A DNA stretch of 64,000 bases, taken from assembly GCA_950097015.1 (NCBI GenBank), contig CATNEN010000038.1, positions 6,696,001-6,760,000 on the forward strand, given 5' to 3'. Source of the DNA: Macrostomum hystrix. Lineage: Eukaryota > Animalia > Platyhelminthes. The translations under genes were made by a program, and so were the position numbers. Within the stretch, counting starts at the first letter, position 1, and every line of letters begins with the position of its first letter. Below are positions 62,936-64,000 of this stretch, piece by piece. The notes below the pieces were generated by a model. That model was not told where the DNA came from and did not search any database. It worked only from the letters and a program-made list of their open reading frames with translations.

Positions 62936-63541
62936 CACCTCTTCATTATGTAAGCCATTTTAATTACTTTCGTTTAGTACAAAAAGTCCTGAATTAAAAC
63001 ATTATCTTTTTTTTCTACAGAACTTAACTTGCTTTACTCAAATATGCACCTGTCATAGTTGCATCTACAATAGTTTATAAATATTAGTCCAAGAAATCAA
63101 TAAGTAGTATTATGATATCAGGCATTGCATACATGTATATAGCATATAACCAGAGATTTTCTAAGTTTTAATACAACACTGTGCTTTACTGGAATGTAGC
63201 AAAACTCCGACTGTGGATTATAAACTTACTTTAATGGAATAGCATGTGCGTCATTAGGTGTGTTTAAAGCATTTGATATTAGAAGAGCAATTAAAGCCTT
63301 CCAAATGTGAAATTTAATGTCCACTATTTCATTAGCTAATAACCATGTAAATTGTCGGGAACCCCTACTTCAGCGACCTAAATATTATAGAAAAGTCGAT
63401 TTATATTAGCCAATGAAATAGAAAAGAAAGTACTATGATTTACTGTCGTATAATCCGTAAAAGATTCGAACGAAACAAACTAAACAGACCTACTATGAGT
63501 AGCTTGCATTAAACTAAATCCAAAATGAAATTTAATAGCGT

Positions 63542-63813
63542 CTACTGCTGAGGGCCATAGTAGCCGCCATCGCTGTTCCAGTCTGGTGCAGCACCGGTGC
63601 TGGCTGGCTGCTGCTGCTGCCGCTGCTGCTGCTGCTGCTGCTGACTGTGATTGTTGGCACTGTTTGCGTCGCGGCTGCCGCTTCCGCGTCCACCTGAGAA
63701 CACGGTCAGGATGAGGAAGGCGCCGGAGATGAGAGCGCAGACGAGGGCCCAGCCGAGACGATCCGAGAAAGTCGTGATCCGCGCGACGCTGGCCGCGATG
63801 AGGCCGCTGACGC
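63542..63813 (-). CDS. Terminal exon of a probable claudin/PMP22-like membrane protein (gene continues beyond window)
   Basis: Acceptor CAG at 63814-63816; phase-1 translation GVSGLIAASVARITTFSDRLGWALVCALISGAFLILTVFSGG..polyQ..YYGPQQ*. End of one TM, short loop, GW motif, last TM. Family call is tentative. Confidence 0.6.
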
Positions 63814-63829
63814 CTGCGGGGTGTCAAGG

Positions 63830-64000
63830 GTGTGAGGGAATGGAGTGACAATGGTGTGAGGGAATGGAATGACAAGGGAGGTAGGAATGGAATGACAAGA
63901 GAGGTAGGCAATGGAGTGACAAGGGAGGTAGGAATGGAGTGACAAGGGAGGTAGGAATGGAGTGACAAGGAGGTAGGAATGGAGTGACACCAGGTAGGAA
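63830..64000. repeat. About 23-bp intronic repeat (GGAATGGAGTGACAAGGGAGGTA)n
   Basis: Seen directly. Confidence 0.9.

Overview
Eukaryotic (metazoan) genomic DNA. GC/CAG-rich exons are separated by introns and spacers full of minisatellites and tRNA-derived SINEs; this style resembles a free-living flatworm such as Macrostomum (inference only). By reading splice sites and checking phase by hand I reconstruct: an intronless class A peptide-type GPCR (+, 2378-3718); a 4-exon SNX25-like sorting nexin (-, 10210-13950); a 12-exon TRAPPC8/Trs85 gene with one GC-AG intron (-, 17999-33897); a 2-exon class A GPCR (+, 40242-41513); an 11-exon, strongly divergent ionotropic glutamate receptor-family gene (-, 47750-61914); and the last exon of a probable claudin/PMP22-like gene (-, 63542-63813). 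Mobile DNA includes two SINE families, a 5'-truncated RTE-like LINE with target-site duplication plus two relics, a MITE, and a foldback-like inverted satellite pair. Most long ORFs in the supplied track are translations of tandem repeats or antisense shadows of real exons. The most notable items are the iGluR lacking the ligand-binding Arg and carrying an altered M3 gate, the foldback satellite, and the intron-private minisatellites. No database searches were run; repeat boundaries are approximate.
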